The notes under the pieces were generated by a model, which had not been told where the DNA came from, ran no database searches, and saw only the letters and a list, made by a program, of their open reading frames with translations. DNA of 63,740 nt, filler included, from Lenisia limosa (lineage: Eukaryota > Protista > Breviatea), in the NCBI GenBank assembly GCA_001655205.1. It is 13 parts of 13 records of this genome, joined end to end, with 100 filler letters (N's around TTAATTAATTAA, not from the genome) between each part and the next. Parts side by side here need not be neighbours in the genome. Positions count along the whole stretch, not along the records: positions 30,319 to 44,110 come from LPNZ01001662.1; positions 44,211 to 47,601 come from LPNZ01003487.1; 11 more parts are not named here. One strand, given 5' to 3'. The position numbers were made by a program, and so were the translations under genes. This document shows positions 33,434 to 44,337 of this stretch, in pieces (within the stretch, counting starts at the first letter, position 1; each line of letters starts with the position of its first letter).

Positions 33434-36400
33434 ATGTCAGACAGTGACGATGAATTCACATATGAATCTGACTCTGATTATGGTTACGAGGTTTGTTTGT
33501 TTTGAATAAAGCAGTTTTATCTTCTAGGATGGCATTGAAGACCTTTCAACTTCAGTAAATGGTGGGTCTTGCTGCTCTCCTGGCGCTCTTATGATATAGT
33601 TAATGAATCATTTACTGAGGATCAACTTTTGGAGAAACGAGAAGTCGTCATTGGTGAAATAGCTGATGTTCTTCAAGTGTCGCCAGAGTTAGCAGGGTTT
33701 TTCTTTTGACCTGTTCAATAGATTATAAAATTGCCGAATAAAAATATTTTCATGGAGTTGGTAATACAAACACTATTGCAACATGCTGGACAAAAGACTG
33801 AATCTTCTGACCTTGCAGGGTTTCGAGAGCTCTTTTGCTGCACTATCGATGGGACAAAGATCGCCTTGTGTCCAGATTTTATGAGGTGGGGAAGAGGGTG
33901 GGTACTCCTGGGTGGTAGTATTATCTGTGCATCTCTCCGTCAGTTTGAGTTTGCTCTTGAGCAATCGACTTTGCCCTCACTGGATGGCGAAGGGCGGGTG
34001 GCACTCACTTGCAGGGGCGTATCTATCACATTCTTGAACCAGAGAGGAGTGATTTGGCGCAAAAGGTGTAATAAATGGCAAAATGGAGTGCAACTGAACT
34101 AACCCGTCAATTGTATTCCGATATCATATTTTAGGACCCCTCAGAGACGTACGCAGAAGCTGGGATGAAATACACCGAGCCCAATGAAGCTGTTGGTTGC
34201 ATTAGCTGAAAGATTGACATTCAGCATGGAGGAGAGCCAGGTATCTGCGCCGTGTGTTTTGAGGAAATGGATGATAGCAACTCCATCTTGCTTGGCTGTG
34301 GCCATCGATTCACAACGGATTGCCTGTATGCGTCTTGCTAAGGGACTGGAACCAAATATTGTATCCTTTCACAGAGTTTTTGGGCCATTGAGAACTGGCT
34401 GTTTTTCACATAATTTTTGGGCCATTGAGAACTGGCTGTTTTTCGGCAAATTACCGGTTTAGACAAAACCAGGTTAGAATAAAGGTGTCAGAGGGTGTGG
34501 CAGCCGTTCCATGTCTGGCACCAAAATGCACAATGGTTCTCTCTGACAAGGTCTGAAGAGGGCTGCTGATCAAAATATGTGACGGCTTGTTTAAATGATT
34601 TTATATAATTGTTACCTGCATCTTGTTTGTTTCTTACAGCGTAGCTGATGAAGGAGTATTTGGATGAGAAACAGTTTGCAGTTTGGAAGACAATTCATGC
34701 GAACTCCATTGTACAATCCGACCCGAACTTCAAATGGTGGGAGGACACAGCAGCACCTTCTTCGACCCAAATCATTGCAATCTTCATTTGCTCTTTGTTG
34801 TTGTTGTTCTTTGGGGAGGGGGGGGAGGCTCGTTTCAACGGGTTTCACTCTATTTGTAGGTGCCAAGGGGTGGAATGTAGTCGAGGGCTTTCAACAAGCA
34901 ATACTGTCTTTAACATGGTCAAGTGCCAATGCGGTTCAGTTTCGTGGTAGGCTGGCTTGCTACTATGCTCACATTTTAGAACAAAATAACTATCACAACC
35001 ACACTCACATTTCAGCACAAAATGTCACAGGACAGGGCACTATCCCGCTACGTGCAAGCAAATGGAGAGATGGGAGCTGAAGTGCAAAGACGACAGCGAG
35101 GTAACCCAGAGTCTTGGTCATGGGATACTGTTGGGATGCTATCTCACCCCTCAGACGGCACATTGGATGAAGGCAAACACAAAAGTCTGCCCAAAATGTG
35201 GTACATCGACAGAGAAGAACGGAGGATGCAGTAAGTCCAACCCTTTGGATTACCTTGATTACCTTTAGACCACATGACATGCAAAGTGTGCAGTCACCAT
35301 TGGTGCTGGGTGTGTCAGGGCAATTGGGACTCCCACAATGACTACTACAACTGCAATAAGTTTGAGGGGCTACCCCCCCTCCCCCATTCTACAGCAAAAC
35401 TAAAGATATCAGACTTGGCATATATCATATGTAAAACTACAAAGTCATTCTATGGAGAGGTTTCACATTAGGGCAAAAAACCGGGGAAATATCGAAATTT
35501 CGAAGATATATCGAGAAATTCAGTCTTTTTTTTTGAACCGAAGTGAAACCCTAGTTCACATCCCCAGGTTCAAAGAAACCGACACCTCGAATGATGCGCG
35601 TCGGGACCTGGAGAGGTATCTTCATTTCTTCACTCGGTACAATAATCACAGAAAGGTGGGACTGGTGCTTGAATGGTTGTGGAGCATGATAAAGGTGGGA
35701 CTGCTTGAATGGTTGAGGAGCATGATACAAAGTTGGGACTGGTGCTTGAATGGTTGTGGAGCATGATACAAAGGTGGGCTGGTGCTTGAATGGTTGTGGA
35801 GCTTAACAAAAAGGTGGGACTGTGTATTGGATGATATCATTTTCTAGAAGAGATTTTGTCAACGAATAAAGGAAGAAAAGCAAAATGCCAATTTCTCCAG
35901 ATACTTCTCTTTGTTTTCCTCATTCGACATATTACCTGACATCATTGATGGTTTAGTCGCTGAATTTCGAGAAAGAGTCCCAAAGCAAAGCACTGGCCTT
36001 GGTCACAAAGCTCCAAAAACGCTCTGAAGGATGGGACGATTTTCAGGTAGGAGTCTTGTTCTCAGGCCTCTCATTGTCAGTTTATTCTCAATGCGGGAGA
36101 GCAGCTAGTTGAATGCCGGCACTCCCTCATGCACACCTATATTTTCGGATTCTACCTCAGGGAGAAAGGTGATCGAAATGTAGGACTTTTTCGTTGCTTT
36201 ACGGACTAGAAAATTGATTTATTTGAGCAAATGCAATCGGACTTGGAGATACTCACCGAGGAGCTTGCTAAACTGATTGAGGTGGGCAGGGATGCTCTTC
36301 CACCCAGAAGCACTTCGAACATTCAATAGTTGTTTGTTGTTTCTTCTGATGTGCTATCGTTTATTCCGGGAAATCTCCTTCTGCCCCGGTCTGATTTGCC

Positions 36401-36661
36401 AGTTCGATGCGACGGAAGGACTCTCAATAAAGAAGCTTGGCAATCAGAAATACGAGCTTGCCGTGCAGGAGAAGGAGGAAGTTAGTTTTGAATGCCCAAA
36501 TATATCACTCAAATCATAAACCCATTATCCTCAGTTGAAGCTTTTTGACAACTTAGGAGTTTATGAGTACAATCAATCGCTCCTCTGTTTCGAATTTAAC
36601 GCGAATTGGAAAGAAAAGGTATTTTCTAAATTTACTCTTTTCTTTCCAGGATTATTTCTGA
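33434..36661 (+). CDS. ARIH1: Ariadne-family RBR E3 ubiquitin ligase
   Basis: Acidic N-terminus MSDSDDEF, RING1 (CAVCFEE..CGHRF..DC), IBR (WCQGVEC..CQCG..CTKCHRTGHYPATC), RING2 ([33 protein letters not shown]) and Ariadne domain (LERYLHFFTRYNNH). The last exon is tentative. Confidence 0.95.
35469..35553. mobile_element. MITE-like family 1 copy in an Ariadne intron
   Basis: TAGGGC...TATCGAGAAATTCAGTCTTTTTTTTTGAACCGAAGTGAAACCCTA. Confidence 0.75.
35652..35822 (+). repeat. About 40-bp tandem repeat (4 units plus a partial fifth) starting at an Ariadne splice donor
   Basis: Unit AAAGGTGGGACTGGTGCTTGAATGGTTGTGGAGCATGAT. Confidence 0.9.
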
Positions 36662-36877
36662 GTACTCTTTTTGTCTCACTGTCTTTGTTGGGTTATTCAG
36701 ACCATTGTTGATGTCTTTCCTCTCTGGAGTTTCCGTTACAATACTGTAATTTTCTCGTTCCAACATCATATGCCTGATACCCATATTTCTCTCAATCTTC
36801 AGAGTGCATCATCTATTCGATGCTGTCGACACCGGCTTCGAGATATAACCCCTGGCGGCTTCAACGCAGAGTTGGAT

Positions 36878-39800
36878 CTACTTCGACCTGAACCGCTTCT
36901 TCAAGGAAGGGTGATGGAACTTCGCCGGTCTGTGGCGTCAATATATGATATGTTGTTTCTTTACAAAAAGGCACCCTCCCCTCATACTGGTTTGGACCCT
37001 TGAAAACTGACTTGCGCGGACCTAAAGAGGGTAAATTCCATTAACTGACTTGAGCGGACCTAAAGAGGGTAAATTCTATTAACTGACTTTCGCGGACCTA
37101 AAGAGGGTAAATATTCTATTACTGACTTTCGCGGACAAAAAGAGGGAACCATTCAATAAGCAATATCGTTCTCAGCACGTGCGGGACACTAACCTTGGCC
37201 TCTCACAACGACCTTAGCCTTTTGCATTGGGTGGTCCACGCGAAGATCATCAGCAACTGAGGATAGGGTGAAATAGGGATATTTGTTCCCCCCTCCAAGC
37301 CCCATGAAAATTAACTGCATACCTTCGTAGTCATCTTCGATTTCACCCTCTGCCTGGTCCATGGAGAGGATGCGAGTGAGGTACGCGTTCTAAAATCGTA
37401 ATGAAAAGAGTTGCATGGTGGAAAATAAGAAAGAGATAATTCCTAACAAAGAAAAGAATAACATAATCCAATATCCAATTGCCCCCACCCCCTCCCTACC
37501 TGTTGCGCTTCTGTTTCAAACAAAAGGGGGTATTTTGAGTGTTCAGTCACATTTGTCACAACCTAAAGGATTGGATCACTTGAATACCAGCGGTACATAA
37601 TCATGATGCTTTGGAGGTACTGAGTATAAAAAGTTGCGGGTGGAAAGCACTTTCAGAAAAACATCTCCATAGAATACGAAAAATCCTGTTTTGCAGACAA
37701 GCTTATATATTTGAGTGACACAACATAACCAATGGTCCATAAGCAAACCTTGAACGCGTAGCCCTGGTCAACAAGGAACTGTTGCCTCTTGTGGCTGTAG
37801 TACATTTCGTCAGTATCGGTCGAGACAAGGCTGTAGAAGAAGGCGTTGAACTCCCCCTCACTCCGCGGCTTTGGCCGGAGAATTCGGCCTATAAGGGTCA
37901 CCTACAAAGACTGATTCAAGATCCTCGAAAAAAGTGAGACAAAAAGAGTAAAGAATATAATATCGGTCTGTTTTGATCGGAAGATTTTAGTCTGACTTTA
38001 AGATTGATGGCAACCCCCGACCAAGACGCTGGGCTTCTTGTCGTCGTGAACCGTAGTGCGAAGAGATTTGGATGATGACGTTGGCCTCGGGCAAATCAAT
38101 GGAGTTATCTCCAACCTTGAGAATAAAAAGTTGAACGGTGGACCTGGACAATGTGGGCATGGGGGAGTGGAGGCACATATAATATCATATTATATAAATT
38201 ATACATGTACCTACTTTAGAAATGAACAGAGTTGGTTCATTGGGGTTAATTCTGAACTGCTGCAGGATTCTCAGTCGGTCAACAGAGGAAGTTGGACCGC
38301 AAATATGTGGCTTATTGAGCCGTCTTGAGTATTCCTGATAAGGAGGCTTGGTGAAAATATAAAAGGAGAAAATAAATGTAGAGAAGTAATATAACACACC
38401 GCATAAACTACTTTCAAAAAACACGAAGAGCTAACAACCTATCGAATAATTTCATATTGTACATACCTTCAAGGCAAAGACGTTATCCGAGAAGACGAGG
38501 ACCTTGTCTCCCCGAGCCTCGTGCTCTTGTATGAGCAACTGGCACGCCCGGAACTTGTTCGTATTCATAATGTACAGCAGTTTCTTCAGGCTATTTGATG
38601 AGTCCAATCAAGGTGACCTACCCGGCAGTGGTGGCATTGAGGTATTCACGGTAGAACCCAGGGGACATTGAACACCAAACTTCTGCACACTGCACGTTTG
38701 CTGAAGGGTGTTACGGGTATGGCTGCGGAAAACTAATTTTGTTTCGCATTATTCATCGTTATTATTTCTTTAAAAGGCCCACCAATATGACCCATAGATG
38801 TAAGGTCAATCCAATTTGCTTCGTATAGCTTCGGCCCGATGAGGAAGTTCAAGTCCTTTTCCTTCTGATCCTCACGAACAAGAGTCGCGGTGAGGCCAAG
38901 TTTGCAGTGCGCTTTCACACTGGTCAATATCTGAAGATGTCAGAGCCGCTATTTTAATATTTCAAGTAAACTGCTTGTAACATCATAACAAAAAGAACCT
39001 ACCCTTCGGAAGAGTTTGGCTGGGACAACTTGGACCTCGTCCAGAATCATGACGCCCCACTCCTGGCTTTGGATTTGCTTCATTATCTAAACAGTCATTG
39101 GGTGTCGCTTGTCTTGAACTGTACATTGTGAAAGTATAGACAGTATTGTCAAGAAGAACACAAAAAGTTTACGAATAGCATAAGCAAAGGACTTGCTTCT
39201 AGTTTTAAAGTATGGAATGATATGGATGGAAATGACACCATGCCAAAGCCGCTACCTCCCACCGCTTCGGACTGGAATGACCGTCGCCCCGAAAACGCAA
39301 TCATAGAGTAGGTCGTGATCGTTACTCCAGCGAGATTCTTCGGGCTGGTGTTTTAGCATTGAAAAGTGACTCACATTTCCTTTGAGTCTTTAGTGAATCT
39401 CGAAATAAGCTTTTCATCCAAACTACTCCAAAGTTGAAACTAAAACAGTGAGCACTTGACAGCCTCAAAACCTGGTTTCTCCATTGCTCCACAGCCACTG
39501 CGCTTGTACATAAGACTATTGCCGACTTCTTGAGCGTTGACGTTGCTGTGACTCCGACAAGGGTCTTTCCGGCACCACAAGGCAGCACAATGATTCCTGA
39601 CCTGAGAGGTGTTAAAAGCAGGAACGATTGTGATGGTGGAAGTGGCGCTATCTCATAATTATTTTTACTGTGTGTTGAGATTCGGGCAACGCTGACCTTG
39701 CTCTACCATTGCCAAACATCTTGCTGAGACTTTTCTCTTGATACGGTCGAATTGAAGTGGTTGGTTTAAGTTCGATCTAAGTGTGAGGCAAAGGTGGTTC

Positions 39801-42697
39801 AAGAATAAAAGGGAAAAGGTGATACAAAAACAAAAGGGCAAAGGAATAAAAGGGCTAAGGAATAAAAGTGCTAAGGAATGAAAGTGGTGAGTTCAATATC
39901 CAGATTATCCCCAAAAAATGAAGCTGATTATACGCTATGCAATCAAAAAGTGGTGCGTAAGGGACCCTTGACCTCACCGGTATGGACGGGTTGGTTGTGT
40001 CCTTACGAAAATCATATTCCTCAAGAAGAGGGTACTCCAATTCGATACACCGCTTCCGGACTCCCTTAATAGTAACGAAGAGGAACGGCATTTGCTTACT
40101 TCAGCTTGTCTAGAGTCAATCTCAAAACTGTAGACCTTTCGCATCACTAAAGGGTGACATACGTCCAATACCCCGGTAACTGCTTACTGACAGTTGGACC
40201 GTCATCATCATCACCATCTCCGATCAGATCTTGAATGTCCGAAATGCCTCGATCAGGCCCCTCTACTTGGATAAGACAAAGCGATAACATAATGAAATGT
40301 TAATAAAAAGAGTAGGCATACGATCCGCTTCCTCTGCTTCAATGAAATCCTCGTCATCGTCATCCTAGAGTGTCAGCAAGAGAAATCGCGGTGTGTCATG
40401 TCTTCCACTCACAACTGCATCCACTCGTGAATTTTTTATAACAGGGTCTTTCAATAAATGTCTGAGGACCTTGAATGATGAGAATAATGATGACGATCAA
40501 GAACGATGATAGTCAGAAATGATGGTAATCTGACGCAACAGCTCAAAAGATGCCCACATTGACTTCCTTGCTCTCGATAAAGTATCGATTCCACTTCAGC
40601 ACGAGTTTGACCTGAAAATAGATGAAGACAATTGAGAGTGAACCATAGACAATGCCATCCCCTTCCCATTTGCCACCGGTGGAAGAACTCGATGGATTGA
40701 GCGATAACACACAAAGTAGCAGTGGATAGCCCTTAATGTAGCTAATGCAAACGGAACCCACCTTGCCGTATGACGCTGTAGCCTCCCTGATGAAATCCGT
40801 CACTTCGTCAAGTACAAAGTTCTACAGGGTCAAAATTAGGTCAATTCGTTCACACAAAGCCTTCTCTATCGAAAATCAATATTCTATCAACTTTCCAAAC
40901 CAAAACAAATTAATTAGCCAAAAAAATGAACAAGTAGACACCCAGCAGACCTTGGATAGCTTTTGCAAGACATCGATGATGGTCTCTGGATCAAGCCCAA
41001 TGGAAACTGAATGTCACAACAGATAAAAAAAGACCCAAGTGCTCTAAATTGAATAGGAAAGAATAGTAGCTTCAGTCAAGCCTGACCCCCTTCCCCAAAG
41101 CCCAAGCCAACCTGAGGCGTATAATGAGAACCTAGTCAACAAGTACTCGTGAACGAAGATCGGACGGGAAATCGGCTCAGCAATAGCGATCAAAAACTCG
41201 TATGCTGGAGGGATAACGGGAGATATCGAAGATATATAGAGGATATAAAAAAAGGGAAAGGGATTGGCAGCTAACATCACAATGTACACAGATTTTATAA
41301 TTTAGTCATACGATAAACACCACCATTGATGAAAGCGCCTGACCTACCTGGAAGGTACAATGGAGACTCCTTTTCGAGAAAGATTCTTCCATCCCCACAG
41401 ACCTGAATAGAGTCATGGAGGATAAATCTATGACGCATATCGTTTTTTGGCCCTTTTTTTTGAATAAAGTGACACCATCAAAGCAGCATTAATTTAAGCT
41501 AGAATAAATACATTACCCAATACTGAGCAACCAACGCCCACCCAGATTGGCCTGGCCTCGTGGTCATCCTTGAGGGTCATAGATGAGAAATCCTTCACTT
41601 CATCTCCGGCAGTACCACCTATGTCAGCCAGCGATGACAGCTGCAAAAGTGAGCCATCTCTGATGGAAAATGCCGATATTTACAGGAGAAAAAGAATACC
41701 TGGTATTCGCAATTGGTGTGATTGGAAAAACGATTAAGTAGAAAGGATTATAACGAGGTAAATTGTATAACAGCAATCATTAACACCATCAAGAATATGA
41801 TATACTATACACAATTGAGATGATTGAATAATTCCATTAAACTACCCAAGGACTTGCATGAATATTTCTGAGTTATATTCTTTACAGTAACATCATCATC
41901 CCTTTCAACAAAATCATCTTTATTCATCATCATCCCCCCCACTTCATAGTCATCATCATCATCCTCGTCATCCCATATCGGCTGCCTCCTTTTAGGGGCT
42001 GCTTTCTCTGTCATTTCAGGTTCGGGTTCAGGACTATCGGGGAGGTTTGCTCTTCTTCGGGTCTATATGGTAATTTGGAGTTTATTTGAACTGAGTTGAC
42101 GATGAAAAATTGACAAGCTACTGTCCTAATCCTTATCAAAACAGCAGAACAACAAAGACTGAAACGAATGAATAAGGTAACAACCATCGGTGAAACAGTG
42201 AAGTTAGGAATGGCAATACCAGCGGTGAAAGAAATAATGATGCGTCACGCCTACTCGTGGTCTACTGCCCATTTCAGAACGCTTGAGCCCCGAGGGCACA
42301 TACTCCTCATCGGAGTCTTCTTCTATAAACCTAGGATTGTTAAGCCATTCATATCACTACTAAGGTGTGAACACAACCATGTTTAAAGATTGAGAAGAGA
42401 GTGTAATGTGGAATGGGCGATATTAATGAGTATTTGGCCGAAGTTTCCCACGCTTATAAGGATTATTAATGAGTATTTTGCCGATGCTTATAAGGATTAT
42501 TGATGAGTATTTGGCCGAAGCTTCCCAAGCTTATAAGGATTATTAATGAAGTATAAAAAATAGTATTAGCCTTTCAGCAACGTGCACACTGATATACACA
42601 AGGGCAAGGATGGAATTCAAACAAGAGCCCTGGGGACCCAACGAAAAGATGCCAGAACCAACTTTTCATCTGAATCACTCTCATCGATAACTGCCAT
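36878..42697 (-). CDS. ERCC3: TFIIH DNA translocase XPB (ERCC3/RAD25)
   Basis: N-domain [25 protein letters not shown]; Walker [16 protein letters not shown]; motif II ILDEVQ; [11 protein letters not shown]; [22 protein letters not shown]; C-terminal [12 protein letters not shown] stop. Likely start [11 protein letters not shown] at 42697. Confidence 0.97.
37008..37148 (+). repeat. About 38-bp tandem repeat (about 4 units) containing the XPB splice acceptor
   Basis: Unit ACTGACTT(G/T)CGCGGACCTAAAGAGGGTAAATTCTATTA. Confidence 0.9.
42420..42549 (+). repeat. About 41-bp tandem repeat (about 3 units) in the first XPB intron
   Basis: Unit TATTAATGAGTATTTGGCCGAAG(T/C)TTCCCA(C/A)GCTTATAAGGAT; the middle unit has a deletion. 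Confidence 0.9.
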
Positions 42698-43033
42698 CCC
42701 AGTGAGATGCGAAGGGTGGACAGGCCGTCAATTCAATGACCCTTCACTGAAAATAATTGGGCATTCAAAATTGGCTTCTTTTTCGCTTTATGATCTAATT
42801 ACAGTTATTGATGTGTTTGTAAGCTAAGAGGATGATTTTTGGAACACAACAAACAAAGGAGTTCCCCGCCGGCGCAAAATAAAAAGGAATTTTTCTTCTG
42901 AAAAATCAAGAGCAGATCAAGAGAAAACGATTGAGAGTATTTATTTCAGTTTATTATATATATTTATTCAACAAAACAAGAATTCAGAGGAAAGATAATC
43001 TTGATCTAGTCTTTGAGACCACCGTTTCACGGA

Positions 43034-43921
43034 ATGAGCATATTTTGGGGCTTCATTGCCCTCCTACTGATTAATTGCTCTCATGCAATCTTTTATCTTC
43101 CGGGAGTTGCCCCCAAAGAATTTTTGGAAGGTCAGTTTTGAATTGTATTTTGTTCATGCCAAAGTTAACCCTCTTTAGGTGATGAAGTAGAGCTTAAAGT
43201 ACAAAAAATTTCATCCAGCAAGAACCTCCTTCCTTACAATTATTACTCTCTCCCTTTTTGTGAACCTGAAGATGGAGTGAAGTCTGCCAATGAGAATTTT
43301 GGTGAAATTTTAAGAGGAGATCGTATTGAAAATTCGCCATACAAGGTGGAAGGGGGTTCTTTTCTGATATCTCGCCAATTACGCTCTTCTAACTCCCTCT
43401 CTAGCTGTTTATGAAGAAGGAAGAGCGTTGTAAGGTTTTGTGCGTCAAAGACTACACAGTTGGCCAAGCAAAGGATTTTTCGAAGCGAATCAACAAGGAG
43501 TTCAGAATCCAATGGTGTGTATTTGACAAGGCTGTGTAGTTGCTTTCCTTTTAGCTTTGAAAGAAAGTAACAATGTAGGATTATTGACAACCTGCCAGCA
43601 GCCCGCAAGCGCACCATTATCACTGCTGACGGCGAAGCAAGCAAGGTTTGACTATTTGTTTGCCTCACTCCACAGACTGTTCTCGAGAAGGGCTTCCCGA
43701 TCGGTTTCCGTGGCGATGCTGAAAAGGTATGTAGAGTACTAATTAAGGGGAATCCAAGCAAAACAAGAAAAACCCCTCCCCTCCCATTATTCTTTTTAGA
43801 TTCCCGGAACTGCTGATGATGATTTCTACCTCCATAACCATGTTCGTCTCACCATCCTCTACCATTCTGAGCCTGCTTATGATGGATATCGTGTTGTCGG
43901 CTTTGAAGTTGCGCCTTATTC
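43034..43921 (+). CDS. Transmembrane 9 superfamily protein (TM9SF2/4, EMP70), N-terminal luminal domain, truncated by a linker
   Basis: MSIFWGFIALLLINCSHAIFYLPGVAPKEF..ENFGEILRGDRIENSPYK..LLDNLP..GFPIG..YLHNHVRLTILYH..YRVVGFEVAPYS. Confidence 0.93.
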
Positions 43922-44337
43922 GTAGGAGGGCATCATAATCCCTTGTTTCCCTCAAATGGCATCCCATGTTTGAGCAGACAAGGGTATGTTGTTTTGAGGC
44001 AATCTTGTTGCGAATCTCATTGTGGTGTTTTGAGGCAATCTTGTTGCGAATCTCATTATGTTTCAAAAGAATAGTTTTCACAAAAGCCATACCACATCAA
44101 CATCCATTCCNNNNNNNNNNNNNNNNNNNNNNNNNNNNNNNNNNNNNNNNNNNNTTAATTAATTAANNNNNNNNNNNNNNNNNNNNNNNNNNNNNNNNNN
44201 NNNNNNNNNNCCGGTTTTTGTGGACGGGGATATATATAGCTATATCATATTTTTAAAAAGTCAAGAGGAATACACAGGGCGCGCGAACCTGTATTCCGAT
44301 GGGACGGAAGATGAAGTGCTCATGTGTGGCAGTACGG

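Noticed and set aside
35469-35553. MITE families acting as introners that create introns
   Set aside because: The copies I could place lie inside larger introns or between genes, and none defines both splice sites.
35652-35822. CRISPR-like appearance of the 40-bp arrays (also 37008-37148, 42420-42549, 57141-57892)
   Set aside because: Units are contiguous with no unique spacers, no cas genes are present, and the context is eukaryotic introns. These are minisatellites.
43243-43761. Longest ORFs in the track (43243-43761, 15631-16038, 57435-57947, 45070-45384, 33731-34102)
   Set aside because: They are antisense or out-of-frame shadows of spliced genes, or are inflated by N runs and repeats.
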